Shown: piece by piece, positions 10,201 through 22,259 of the stretch
Layout: each line of letters begins with the position of its first letter
Position numbering within the stretch: position 1 is the stretch's first letter
NCBI GenBank assembly: GCA_020536535.1
Contig: JAHLWZ010000733.1
Location: 1 to 64,000, forward strand
Length of the DNA: 64,000 nucleotides
Source: Pelomyxa schiedti
Lineage: Eukaryota; Protista; Evosea
Reading direction: 5' to 3'
The notes under the pieces: model-generated
What the model was told of the DNA's origin: nothing
The model's input: only the letters and a program-made list of their open reading frames with translations
The model's database searches: none
Translations under genes and position numbers: made by a program

Positions 10201-13200
10201 GAGTCCGGTGCTATCGACGACATCGTGATTAATGTTACGATTTAAAAGAAGTCGGCATAATTTCTCATGATGGTTAATAACAGCATAGTGGAGTGCTACA
10301 CATCCATAAGTTGGAGTTAGGTAGTAAACAAACCATTTTTTCCAGTGTTATCTAGAGTATCTAGAGGAATCTTCTTTTCAGTAATTTGTTCCATTAACGT
10401 ATCTTCCCATCCGGTAACATTTGGGCTTTGACACAAACTGTGGTACAGTGTTTGATTGGACTCTTTGGCATAGATGGAATCATCCTTTGTTTCTTTCAAC
10501 TGTAAAAGTATTAAACGCCATCATTTTTTACAGAACTTAGTTCCCTTACCTTACGGAGAAGCGTGTGGGCTTGTTGGCATTTTCCCAGGCGAAGAACATC
10601 ATGAATGGCTTGGAATAGGGAAAATCCCGCGTCAAGTAGAACGTAGGCAACACCCTGCCAATCATTGCTTGCAACAAACTTGAAGATGGAGTGTGTTGTT
10701 TTGCTGTCCTTAACATATTCCCCCACTGGGAATTTGCTTCCTTCCTTTACTTCCTTCTCTGTAACAAAGTGTCCCGTCACCGCCACAAGAGGAACTGTTG
10801 GTTTTGCACCCCTTTGAAGGAGCGCAATAGAGAAGTCAGGAAACTTGCTCAAGAGACCAATTGCCAATGGGCTAAAACAGGGGTAAATGGGAAGGTTTAT
10901 ATGAAAAAATGAAGTACGTGTTGCCATCCTCATCAGGGCGTACCAAATCAGCACCCCTTCAGGTATGATTTGAATAAGAGTTTGAGTGGAAGAGCACATA
11001 CCTCTGTATAAGAGTGTGTGCACAAATCGTGGCACCTCTTTGCGATGCGTAGTGCAGAGGAGTACGGCCAAACTTATCCACCACATCAAGCAAAATACCA
11101 TCAAGGGTACACATATTCGCAAGCTCCTCAATTGGATCCATTCTGTAAGCGGTTTATTCAACAAAATGAGCTAAGTACAACAAACTTGCTGCCGTCAAGG
11201 TGGTTCCCCGCTTTTACAAACACGTAGTGTACGGCTGTGCGCCTGTAAATGGTGAGAAGAAAAGTGAAGGAAGTATTGCTAACCCCAAGGAATCAAGTGC
11301 ATTTACATCGGCTCCTTGCTTCACCAACAACTCCTAAAAAAAAAAAAAGGTTACCACAGGGGTTATGTGGAAAAAGAACCTCAATGTAAAATGATGTGTC
11401 AGAAGGCGTGCTCGCATTTACAGCATAGTGCAGTGCGGTCCTATCCCTGGGACCCGTTTGTTTTGGGTCAGCACCTGCCAGGAGAAGCATCTTGGCAACA
11501 TCTGTGCACCGTTTCTTTGCCAGTTTGTGGAGCCTTTGAATTGAAAAAAAGAAGAGAAAATAAATCAAAATAGAAATAAATAAAAAAAAAGAGAATTGAA
11601 TACGGTGCGATTTTGTCTTTGTTTGCTATGTTTGGGTTAGCCCCAGAGTCTAAAAGCAACTGTATAACTTGACTGTGCAACGAAGAGGCAAGCTGGAAAA
11701 GACTTTGCTTTCTTAGTAAGGCACTTAGTATTGCAGACATACGCCGTTTCACCGTCACTGTCTTGAGAATTCAACATCTTTACCAGACTATCTTGCGGAC
11801 AAAGAGAAATCATCTTCTGCACAACGTCAAGGAGCCCCATATTTGCAGCAACCATGAGAGGAGTTTTGCCGGTAGAATCACCTTGCCTACGGTGAAAATA
11901 CATAAAGAAGCTCAACACACATACAAAGGAAAAGGGGTGCCCCTGCATCAAGAAGTGCATGGACAATTGTATAAGGCTTTGGCTCAGAATTCAAAGCACA
12001 CATCAAAGGGCTAGCACAATTCAGTTAAGGACAAATTGAGGGAATAAGTACGTTTGCTTATTTCTGATTCCTTGGGCAGTTTGATTAATTTTGTGTGCAA
12101 TAAGCCATTGGACTATCTCCTGGGTGAGGGGCTGAAGAAAATTAGAAGAATGGAAAAAGGAGTGGGTCCCTACAGTCCTCCCGTGAATAACAACAAAGTG
12201 TAGACCACAATAGGTTCCATTAGCACTGTACTTGTCTTCCTCTTTCTACAAGGTGTAAGAACCTATTAGGGTTGATGTTGGGCACAATACCATAGGGAGT
12301 GGTGGTGGTGGCTACAGGAGAAAAAAGTTAGATAAGAAATAAACGAAAGGGGAAAAAGGAATACAGGAGAAAGAGTCGCAGAAGCAACGGGAGTCTGCTT
12401 AAGAAAAGCCATGTAAGAAAGTGTGAGGAAGGGGGTGGGAAGATACTCCTTCCACAATTGGAGGGGGCTGACGGTATTTCCAGAGCTGTTGTACTGTTTG
12501 ATTTATTGTGTCAGGAGTACAGTAGACGTCAAATATTATCTTGACTCTGCCTCAATTAGATCTAGTGGTATAACAAATCACATGCCTCTTAACCAGTTTG
12601 CCCCATTCTTGCTCCATCTTTTCTTTTAATTGTTCCGGGGAGAGCGATCGTGTAACTGCTGGGCGAAGGGAGGGTGCCAGTTTTGCTACATTCTGAAGAA
12701 GAAGCAAAAATGGTGTCAATCCCTCTTCATCAACTTGTTGAAGTAGTGTAGATACTGAAGCCTTTCTGTAGGGTACTTTACAAAAAGAACGGGGGGGGTG
12801 GGGGGGAAGAGCAAACTCAGCAACAAGGTGAACAAGTTCATCCACGTCTTGTTCACACACCATGTCCGCTAGTTGATGTAGAATGTTTCGTTTTTCAGGA
12901 AAAGCGATATCTACATGAGCTCCAGACTCAATAAGAAGACTGTTTGAGTTTTGTAAGAATGAAATACAGCTCATGTTCATCAGACCAAATAAGTTTTTTG
13001 TTTCCTCGTTGGCATGCAAAACTTAATGCTGTTTCCCCATTTTTATTTACTGCATTCACTTGTGCTCCGCCTTTGAGAAGGGCAGAGGCAATCTATTGGA
13101 AGATTAAACCATTTCACTGTTGTAAGTTGGCTATACCAGTACACAGAAATCGGGAGGTGGTTCAGTGCTTTTAGAACTTGAAGTTGCTTCTGTGAGAGGC

Positions 13201-16200
13201 GCACTTGATGAGGGTGCACTCGATGAAGGTGCGCTCAATGAAGGCATGAGAAGCGTTGGAATGGGGACCGGATGCATAATTGCGCTTGAAGCTGTTTCAA
13301 GAGTTGCACAAGGTGATGATGTCTGAAGCTGAGAGAGATTAAGAAGGGAGCTCAGATCAGTAAGTGCTGTTGGGGAAGCGGAGAACGGAGGGGGAGTTAA
13401 AGAAGGTAGTTGAGGTAAAGAAGGAAGTTGAGCCAATAAGCTGGTGAGGTGCAGAGAAGGTTGCTGAGTGGGTACAGCACAGTGTAGTTCTTGGGTAAAT
13501 GGTGTTATGCCTTCGGAACTCTCGTGCATGGCTTGATCTTCGTGCTCACCATCTTCATTTTCTTCATCTTCGTTTTCTGAGTCCACACTTCCTTCATCGT
13601 CATCGTCATCGTCATCACTGTGAACAAACCGCTTTCTCTTGCAAATTTTTTTCCTGCCAAAGCTGCGTAAACCAGACAATGGGGTGGATGAAAATGGAGA
13701 ATCATCCACCTCTTTCTCTTCCTTTTTGGGGACAAATTGGGAAAGGTAGTGCAAGGGTGTGTTGCTGTTTTTTTTTTTTTTTTTTGGTTGTTTAAGAAGG
13801 GGAGAGAGGAATTAGTAAAACAAGGTGGAACAAGATGATTACTCGTCTTTGTCAGCCCGGTTGACATCAGCTGCTTTTTTAGACAACAAAAACTCGATCT
13901 GTGTCAGTGACATGGCACAAGGAGTTTCGGCTGCATGGGAAATCAGGGTTCTACCGGAGTCGTCAGGAAGGTTTACATCAACTTCTGTAAAGTTTTATTA
14001 GAAAGTCGTACAAGTTGAAGTAACGTAACTGTCATTATTCAGCATCTCGTTAGCGCATGCCATGTGACCTTTAAGCATTGCTATGGAGAAAGGGGTTACT
14101 ACCCACTCGTTGGCAACAGAAAGGGCTGCTCCTGCTTCTATCAGGAGATTGAGGCATTGCAGCCATCCATAAGCTGGCTCAAAATGAGGGCAATGCCAAG
14201 AGGAAATAGAATACCAGCAGCATAGTGGCAAACACTGTTCTTTGAAGAATCGACAGCATCCACGTTAGCTCCCTTTTTCAGTAGATAGCTGGCAACATCA
14301 ACATGACCGTTCTTTACAGCGTGCATTAGGGGTCTGGCTTAAAATCAGGTCGTGGGAGGTCAAATAAAGAGACACACGTCTTTTTAACACCATCACGAGC
14401 ATCAAGGGCAACCCCTCCTTTCAGAAAGGCTTTGATGCATCCAAGGTACCTACGGTGTACAAGTCAGAGCAAAAATCTTACCGAGTCAAGTTCTACCCTT
14501 TAGCAGCAGCAATACTGATTGGAAGTTGCTTGTTAGAATTCAGAACCTGAGCTTTTGCCCCTGCTTCCAGTAACAGTTTGATAACAGTAGGATGATTACC
14601 GATAGCGGCATGATGTAAAGCTGTAAAAGTAAGTTCAGAGAAAAGTATGGGTGTTTGGCAAACCAGTATTGCCCCCACGGTCTCGCAAGTCAAGACTATT
14701 TGCCATGGGTTTCCGCTTCGTAACGGGTAGTTTCTTAGCACCCCTACCAAGAGCTTTTTTTGGTTTTGGTTTTCCCTCCCCATCTGAACAATGTTAGCAG
14801 AAAAAATTAAGCAGAAATAATCGCAAACCACTGTCTTCCATATTCCCATCACTCAGATCCCCATCTGCTTCAACTTGTGAGGCAGGCATCATTATTGATG
14901 GGAAAGTGGGGGGAACTATCGATGCGGGGGTAAGCAGTGTAGGTGCTGAAGCTGCAGTAGGGAGAGTGAGGGACGTTGGGAATGACAGTGACGGAAGTGC
15001 GGGTGCTGTGAGGAGTGTCTGGGGTGTCAGAGACGTTGGGAAGGAGGGGGGAGTTAGTAGAGGAAGTGCAAGAGATGCTGCAGCTGTTGATGGAGTTTCC
15101 ATTCCTGGCACCGGTAGTATAGCTGGGAGGGACTCAGACCCTGGGACAGGTGGCAGTAAAACATCTGCTTGTGCGGCAAGGTTTTCTTTTTCGATTTTTT
15201 CACGTAGTTCCTGTTTGTTTTTCTAAGTCTAGAACGGGGAGGAGAAATCCAAACTTTCTGAGCCTTGATAAGAAGTTCGACATTTTTCTCTCTTCCGTAA
15301 CGGGCAGCAAGCATCAAAGCTGTAATCTTGGCGTTGTCTGTCTCCAAACAATTGGCATCATGGGAAAGAAGGTATTCAAGTGGACCTGTGAAGAGGTTAT
15401 GGAGGAAGTGGGTCACATGGCCAAAGTCTACCAGTGCCATCACAGCCAGCTGCATAGTGGATCAGTTTCCTTCCTCTGTTGTCAACAACGTTTCCTGCTG
15501 GAAGGGCAGTTTTGAGAGTGCGAATATACTGGGAAATGGTTAAAGTGGAAACGGAGGCAGGGAAAAACCTTGGGGTTGGGATTTATTGCAGCACAATGAA
15601 GAGGTGTCACTGCATGGTTTTCAATAGGTTTCTTTGTGATTGACGGAATTCGCGGGACGACTAATTCTTCATTGTTGTATGCCAGAACCTAGGAGTGTTT
15701 AGAGAAACAACCTACATCAGGATAGAAACATTTTTATGCAGCTCGTTAAACCCCCAGCCACCACGAGACTGCATTTTCTCGATTAAGAAGGCTGCTAGTT
15801 CTCTGTTTCCTATTTGTAATGTGGGTTGTTGTTGCAAAGAGTTGTTAAGGAAAACTGAGCACCTGCTTCAATTGCGTAGACTATGTTATTAGGGAGGTAC
15901 TCCGCGAACTCGGAATGTTTAACAAGAAGAACCTCAATGACTTCCTTTATTTGGCGAATGAAGACAATGGTAAGGGAGTGCGTTAGTGCTGTGCCAAACA
16001 GGTAAGAAAAAACACACTTTCGAGATTCCTGGTGTTTGTAGGACCCAGGCCACAAATTCTCCAGTAGTTTCTTCATCATCGTAATCATCCAAATCGCATG
16101 CAAATGCATTGTTTCCTTCTTTGCCTTTGCGGCTGCAAGTGAGTTTCCTCACTGCGTGCCCGTAAGTGTATCTGGTAGTGTTAAGAGACCATTGTTTACA

Positions 16201-18453
16201 GTCTTAGTGATTCAAAAACCGCTACTATTACTACTATCACTCAAAACATGGAGGAAAAACCGACATGGAGTATGATCCGGTTTTTTGCACCACCAAATTG
16301 CATGGTGGTCGGGAAACACGGTCGATAGTTCGCTCTTTGGAACGATCAAGCAAAAGGCTATTTTTACAATCAGTCCAAAAAAAAAAGAATTAAAAGCAAC
16401 TTCAAGGCTTCAAGATTTCCTTGGAGAACAGCATAATGTAGAGGGGTGAGATCAACATCAGCACTCCGCTTTTCGTCTAGGGAAAAAACATTTTTATTTT
16501 CCTAAAAGGAGGTAAGCTTGACTGAAGAAGGCAAGGGATGAGGCCAACCACACAAGACTTCAAAAGGGGTATATCATTGGTAATAATGCTGCGAGACACT
16601 TCCCTTCCTGTGCAAAACACACAGCAACTTGTGTCTATTTTACATTCCTTTCGGTCAAAATACCAATTCTCATTGATAACTATACAAAGCAAAGGTAAGT
16701 GACACCACTTCCTCAAGGCTTACCTTTCATGTCAGGGCGTGGGGTTGGGGCATTTTTCCTTGGTTTGGTTGTTCCTACTGCTCTTCGTTTACGAGAAGGT
16801 TTGGTTAAGTCGGAAGCCGGTTGGCGTTTTCGTGGAGCACGTGGAGCTCTAGGTTTTTTGGGTGCTTTTGGTTTCTTTGCCACGGAAACTCGAGTGGCCC
16901 TCTTCTTTCGGATGGCTACATGTGTCAATTAAAATAATCAAGTTACGAATCACACCTGGTTTTTTTTTTGGTTCTACAACAGAAAGTATGTCGTCATCAT
17001 TAGAGGAGCCATCATCACTTTCTGGTTCACTCCCAGGTTCAGAAACGTCAGAGGAAACACTCTGCTTTTTGGGGGCCTATGCTTCATGAATAAAGAGTAG
17101 AACCTGACGTCCCTACTTTCTGCCTTTTTTTTGAGTCCTTAGTGTCATCCTTTTCCATATCGGCAAACAGAATTTGTTGGATCAAATGTCGCTCAGAAGG
17201 TGGCAAAGTAAAATACACTTTGACTTTTTTAGAACGAGGGAGTTTGCAGACGTGCTTTTGTAATTTAATAGGTCTTATGAATGCGCCCGCCTATGTTAGG
17301 GTAAGGGAAGAAAAGCAGCAAATGAAACAAACATTGATCTCATCATCTGTTCCTTTCACATAAACTCCATCACCTTCATCTTTTTCAAACCACATGACCT
17401 GATAATGTGACTCTTCATTCTGAAGGACACCTTATACCTTAATTTTGTCAGAGTCTTGTTTCAGTGGTTCCTTGAGTTTGGCAACATAGTAAAGACCAGG
17501 TTCAGGTGCTCGTACAGCAATCACAGTGTTAGTTTGGCATTCAAACGTAGCCCACTTGGTAAGTAAGTGAAAGAATTATTGATAAGGGAACTAACATCCT
17601 GCTCAGATAACATAAGAGTACGAGACTCCCTGGTACAACCTTTTCCGTACTTGGCAAGTAAGGGTTCATCATCCTCAGAACCGTCACCTTCATCGTCACT
17701 CCCGCCGTCGCCACTCTCTCCACCACTTTCCATTTCCGTAGTTTGCTTGGAGCTCTTGTCAGGCTCACTACTGTCCTTCTCCGTTTCTTGTGGGCTAAGT
17801 TCTCCTTCCTTGCCTTGAGCAATGTTTAGTGGTTCTTTGGGTGCCACATCAACACTGAGTGGCAAAGCCGTCGGAACAGTAGGAAGAGTGGGGGTTTTAG
17901 AGGCCGCTGCACCAGTCTTAGCTGTGCTCTCCTCCGTCATTTCAGCCTCAGCTGGCTTCTCACCACCTTCGTCCTCCCCCTCTTCACTGCCACTGTCCTC
18001 AGAGTCCTTGGCAACCTTTTTCGCCACACGTTTGGGAGCCACTTTCCCCGATTTACTTTTCGGAGCTGCCGATTCCGAGACTTTCGGCGCCGCCGAGGGC
18101 GTGGTAGTTGCAGCCGCAGCCGCACTTGTACTAGTCGTCGAAGCTGAACTGCCAGTAGCGGAACTAGTAATGACGGGCTTAGGGATCACTTTTGCAGTAG
18201 TCATCTTGGGGACTTTCGCCTGTGCAGGTACGATCTTGCCGCCCAAAATCTTTTTTGCTGGAGGAGTCTTTTTCTTTGGTTTCGGCGACCCTTCGCTATC
18301 GCTTCCGCCTTCGCCTTCGCTGCCGTCTTCGCTTTTCTCGTTTTCACTTTCGCTTTTTTCTTCCTCTTCCTCGCTCTTTTCTTCTTCCACCACACTGTCT
18401 TTCTTCTTACGTTTCTCCGCGGCCTTGGGCGCTACTCTCTTCGGTCTCGGCAT
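7222..18453 (-). CDS. Giant multi-exon poly(ADP-ribose) polymerase: acidic/basic N-terminus, many ankyrin repeats, WGR, PARP regulatory and catalytic domains (PME-5/tankyrase-like, no SAM seen)
   Basis: Ankyrin motifs include [47 protein letters not shown] and [14 protein letters not shown]: [11 protein letters not shown] (~9030). Regulatory helix [14 protein letters not shown]. Catalytic [34 protein letters not shown] and [15 protein letters not shown], with TAA at 7222. The N-terminal ORF 18453-17521 splices in frame (SEQD|[27 protein letters not shown]). Confidence 0.9.
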
Positions 18454-18704
18454 CGGTGCGCAGTAGATCTCCTCTTTGTTGTTTTGCTTTGCTTTTTGAT
18501 TTTTTTTTGGTTTTTTTTTCCTTTATTTTTGGTTTTTTGTCTACAATCTACTGCGTTAATGCGATTCTGCGGGCAATTTTTGTGTCCGTTTATTTTTAGG
18601 AAAACGGCCGGTCAAAAATAAACCCTTGGTGTAAGCTAAAAAAACAAATGACTCCTGAAGGGGTGGACTCTTACAGTTCCTCATCATGAAATTCACAATT
18701 GTTG

Positions 18705-21700
18705 TTAGGGGTAGGTTTTTCTTGTGGGTGATAGGCGTGCTGTTTTGGCTTGCTCTTCACATTCAGGTTTGATTTGAGTGTTTGTAGCATCAGGTGTGCT
18801 GTGTTGTTGTTGTGGTGGTGTGGGGTTGTTGTGTGATGAGGGTGACACAATTGTATCCCCTACTGTGTTGTTCATTATGTTGGAATTTGTTGTAGGACTG
18901 TTGTTGTGATTTGTGGGAGGGTCATTTGGGGTTGTTGTGGTGTTGGAATTTGTTGTTGGAGGTCCGGATGTTGAAGTGGAACAATCTGTTGGTCCAACCA
19001 CAACACTGATTGTTCCTTGTGACAACAAGTCAACTCCTAGGGCATTGGGGTACTGGGGGACAGTATTTGCGAGGTACATCGCGAGAACGGTGAATACTTT
19101 CTCAGAGACTGAGGAAACGCGTTGCTGTGTTATGATTGGGGATGTGAGTGGTATGGCGACACTGAGAGTGAGTGAAACGGTTCCGTGATTATCGGGGGTA
19201 TCTAAAAAAACAGAGTTAGAGACAAACATAAAGTGAGGAGGTGGATATGTACCTGGGGCAAAATATCTCGATTTCACATTTTCTACAAACGGTATGCTCT
19301 TGATGAAAGGGCTTATGGACAAAAACAACAGAGACCACTGCTTCTCGGTCAGTGCAACCTTCAGCCATCTCACAACTTCACTGACGCCATCCAAAGGCTT
19401 TGTTGGTGTGGGTGTGGCTTGCAACGAGGCTGAGTCAATTTGGTTGTCCCGGATTTCCGAGGGTGGGGATGTGTCTGGTTCTTTCGATTTGCCTTTTTCA
19501 TGCTCCATCTTCTGTAGATTGGCTGCAAGAATTCGGATTTCAGAACCCATCACTGAAAAATCTCTTGCGGCTTGGGCTATGGAAGAGAGGTGACTAGGAA
19601 CTAGAATGTGAGTAGAACCACCTGAATCGCTGGAATTGCTAGTTGGAGAAGGTGGAGTGGCAGGCTTTTGAGGTTGTGTGTCCGTAGGGGAATTGGGAAA
19701 CCCAGACATTATATTTGGGGTTGTAAATGTAGGTGTGAGTGTGACTGTTTGATTTGAAGATACGGTATCAGGTATAGGGTTGAAAAGAGGTTTTTGGGAT
19801 TTGTTCCTATCAGTGCATGCACGTTTGGCAGAAGAATTGCTTGCTAAAAGGGAATGTGAGTGTTATTTGTAAAATAACCTATCCTTACGTTTTTTCCTAG
19901 CGCGCAATACAAATGTTGGAGAAACAATGTAGAGTTTGTGACTTAGCCTACATTCCATAACAAGTGTGGATTTCAAGTGGTCTCTTGATGAGGAGCAGTT
20001 GCTCCGGATAGTAAATTGATATTGTTCGGTTTTTCCATCAGGTGATAACATTTTGGGCAGGACACCAGTCACTGAAATAACGCTTTTCGAAGGGCAGCAG
20101 TTAGGGCATACCGCTGGCTCTGTAAAGCATAATTGAGCTTTGATTTTAAACTGAGGGTAGATTACCTTGGGGTTGCCCAACTTTTCTGCATTGCGCCATG
20201 AGACCGGCGTTTTTCACTTCCATCTCTGTGATATTAAGCATCTTTCTGTACTCAGTCCCAATGTCCAACTGCATCTGAATTCAGAATATCAACAAAAAAT
20301 GAAGCAGGTTTTCCTACAAACCCAGTAGGAGCCGTATTTATAAATCTTCACAGCAGAAAGGGATAATGTGGCTTTACACTCTCCCGGGGGGATAAGAGCA
20401 CTGATTATAGGTGGGGATACCGACGCCAACAGCGAAGACGGTAAAGCGAGATCAGAGGGATGCGGTTCTCTACCACGAGGGAGACGACTAGCAGTTTCAC
20501 CGGGTTGCATATGTTCATACTTCCACCGAAGTTGCCTTATCTGTTGCTGCTGCTGCTGGAGGGCTTGCTGTTGCTGTATAAGCAGTTGCTGTTGCTGCCA
20601 TTCTAGGAGTCCCTCACGAAGAAAATTGTTTGGCGGGGAGCAAGTGGCAGCCAATAGATTGCGCAGAGTCTGAACTGCACCTGCCACAGCTGAGCTCGTG
20701 GCCAGTGGGGGTACGAGACCAGGATGAGAAGGCTGAGTGTTGGATATTTCATTCCCATCACTTGGGCCGTCCTCAGAAGCACCCTCAACCTCGAATCGTT
20801 CGTTCCAGCCCCGCTTTGTGCGAGCGAACGTCCTGCCCCGCTTCACGTTGGAATCCATCTGAGGAGAAACGGGAGGAGAAGGCGACTCGCTCTTGGCAGC
20901 CCCACCGGATTGCAGCTGTGCAGAAGACCGTGAAGTCGTAACCCGTGGTGGAGAGTGAACCTGAACCTCGTGGCGAGTGAGAGACGTGCTTGCCTGCGAC
21001 GAAGAGTCAGCAGAGTCCGGGGATTGTTGGGCTCTCAGTGACCTCAGATAGTGTTCCAAGTCAGGCAATGATGAAGACCTCGTGGGTATGGCTAATCCCT
21101 GTTGCTGCTGCTGTTGCGGTTGCTGTTGTTGTTGTTGTGGCTGCTGCATAACGGGTGAAGTTGAATTATCTGCATGTTCAAACGACGTTGGTGAGGCTGC
21201 ACTACTGCGAGATGATATAGAAGTCTTGATATCTTTTGTCATATCTGAGGCAGCCATGGAAAGCAGAGAGAGAAGGGAATTGCCGCCACTATAGGTACCC
21301 ATAATTCCACTCCCTCCAATACCAGGAGATGCAGATAACAGGCTCAACATTGAAGGTGATGACCACAATGAACCATGTGATCCAGAATCTGCGCTGTTCC
21401 CATTGTTGGTGCTATTTCCAGATGAAGCAGAAACAATTCTCCCCTGCGATCCTCCCACAATTGTCCCGTTGCCGACAGTCTTTGCACTCGAGACAGCGTG
21501 ATTCGTGTTGTGCTCTGCATCCTGTTGTTGCTGTTGTTGTGGCGGCTGATGATGATGTTTGGTGTTGGCTAATCGGTGGTTATGGGTAGTTTTTGCTGGG
21601 AAGAGTAGCCTCGACGTGGGCGACGGCGACGTGTTGGAATTGTGGGACGCACCCATCACACGAGGCTGCTGAGTCTCTGGCTCCGCGTACTCGGAGTACT

Positions 21701-21881
21701 CGTCGCAGAATCCCGAGACATCCTCGGAGCAGTGCCCCCTGCGGCCGTAATTATGGGTGTGGTTGCGGTTGTGGGCCATCCGTGAGGTTTCACTACTGCA
21801 CGACGAAGAAGAAGAAGAGGTCGGCGGGCTGTCACTGGCCACCAGGCCTGGAAAGTGACAGCCGGGTTTCATGTAGGACAA
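18705..21881 (-). CDS. Putative transcription factor: poly-Q/Ser low-complexity N-terminus, central Cys/His domain (CPNCC...NCSSSRDH...FVLRARKKRK), C-terminal globular domain
   Basis: Three long ORFs (21881-20289, ~20270-19870, 19840-18705) are joined by GT-AG introns in frame. The central domain reads YKYGSYWMQLDIG...QPQEPAVCPNCCPSKSVISV...YQFTIRSNCSSSRDHLKSTLVMEC...VSPTFVLRARKKRK, followed by a basic NLS-like stretch. Confidence 0.65.
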
Positions 21882-22259
21882 AAGGGAGGACAGTGCCAGT
21901 GTGTTTTGCTACACACGGTTGTCGTGGACTGTTGCTCAAAAAAAAAAAAAAAGAGGATAAAAAAACCCACCAATAGAAAAAGGGTACGTGTAAGAGGGAT
22001 GATGAAAGGGTTGAAAGCGGTTGGGTTGGTGAGTAAGGAAAAGGAGGGTTTTTAAGATGTCTGTCACTGATGGGAGTTGAGGGTACGAGCGATGTTGCGG
22101 AAGTGAGGCGAGAAGAAAAAGTTAGGCCTTTTTTTTAATTTTTTTGGTTTGTTCCTTTTTTTTCTTCCTCTTTGTTTGTTGCAACAACGGATAACTAAGC
22201 ATTCCGGTAATCGCGAGTCAAGAGGTTGTATCAATCAACCCAAAAAAAATGCAGAATCC

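Noticed and set aside
7222-18453. Calling the PARP true tankyrase (TNKS)
   Set aside because: It has WGR and regulatory domains, and no SAM domain was seen.
17822-18466. Long plus-strand ORFs (also 39660-40454, 14906-15226, 33143-33514, 58039-58362 and others)
   Set aside because: They are antisense shadows of low-complexity or GC-rich coding exons on the other strand.
19863-20180. CudA/STAT family assignment for the putative TF domain
   Set aside because: The CudA-type VLSSQHEDMFF-like motif, as I recall it, is absent, and there is no SH2 domain. It was left as an unassigned domain.
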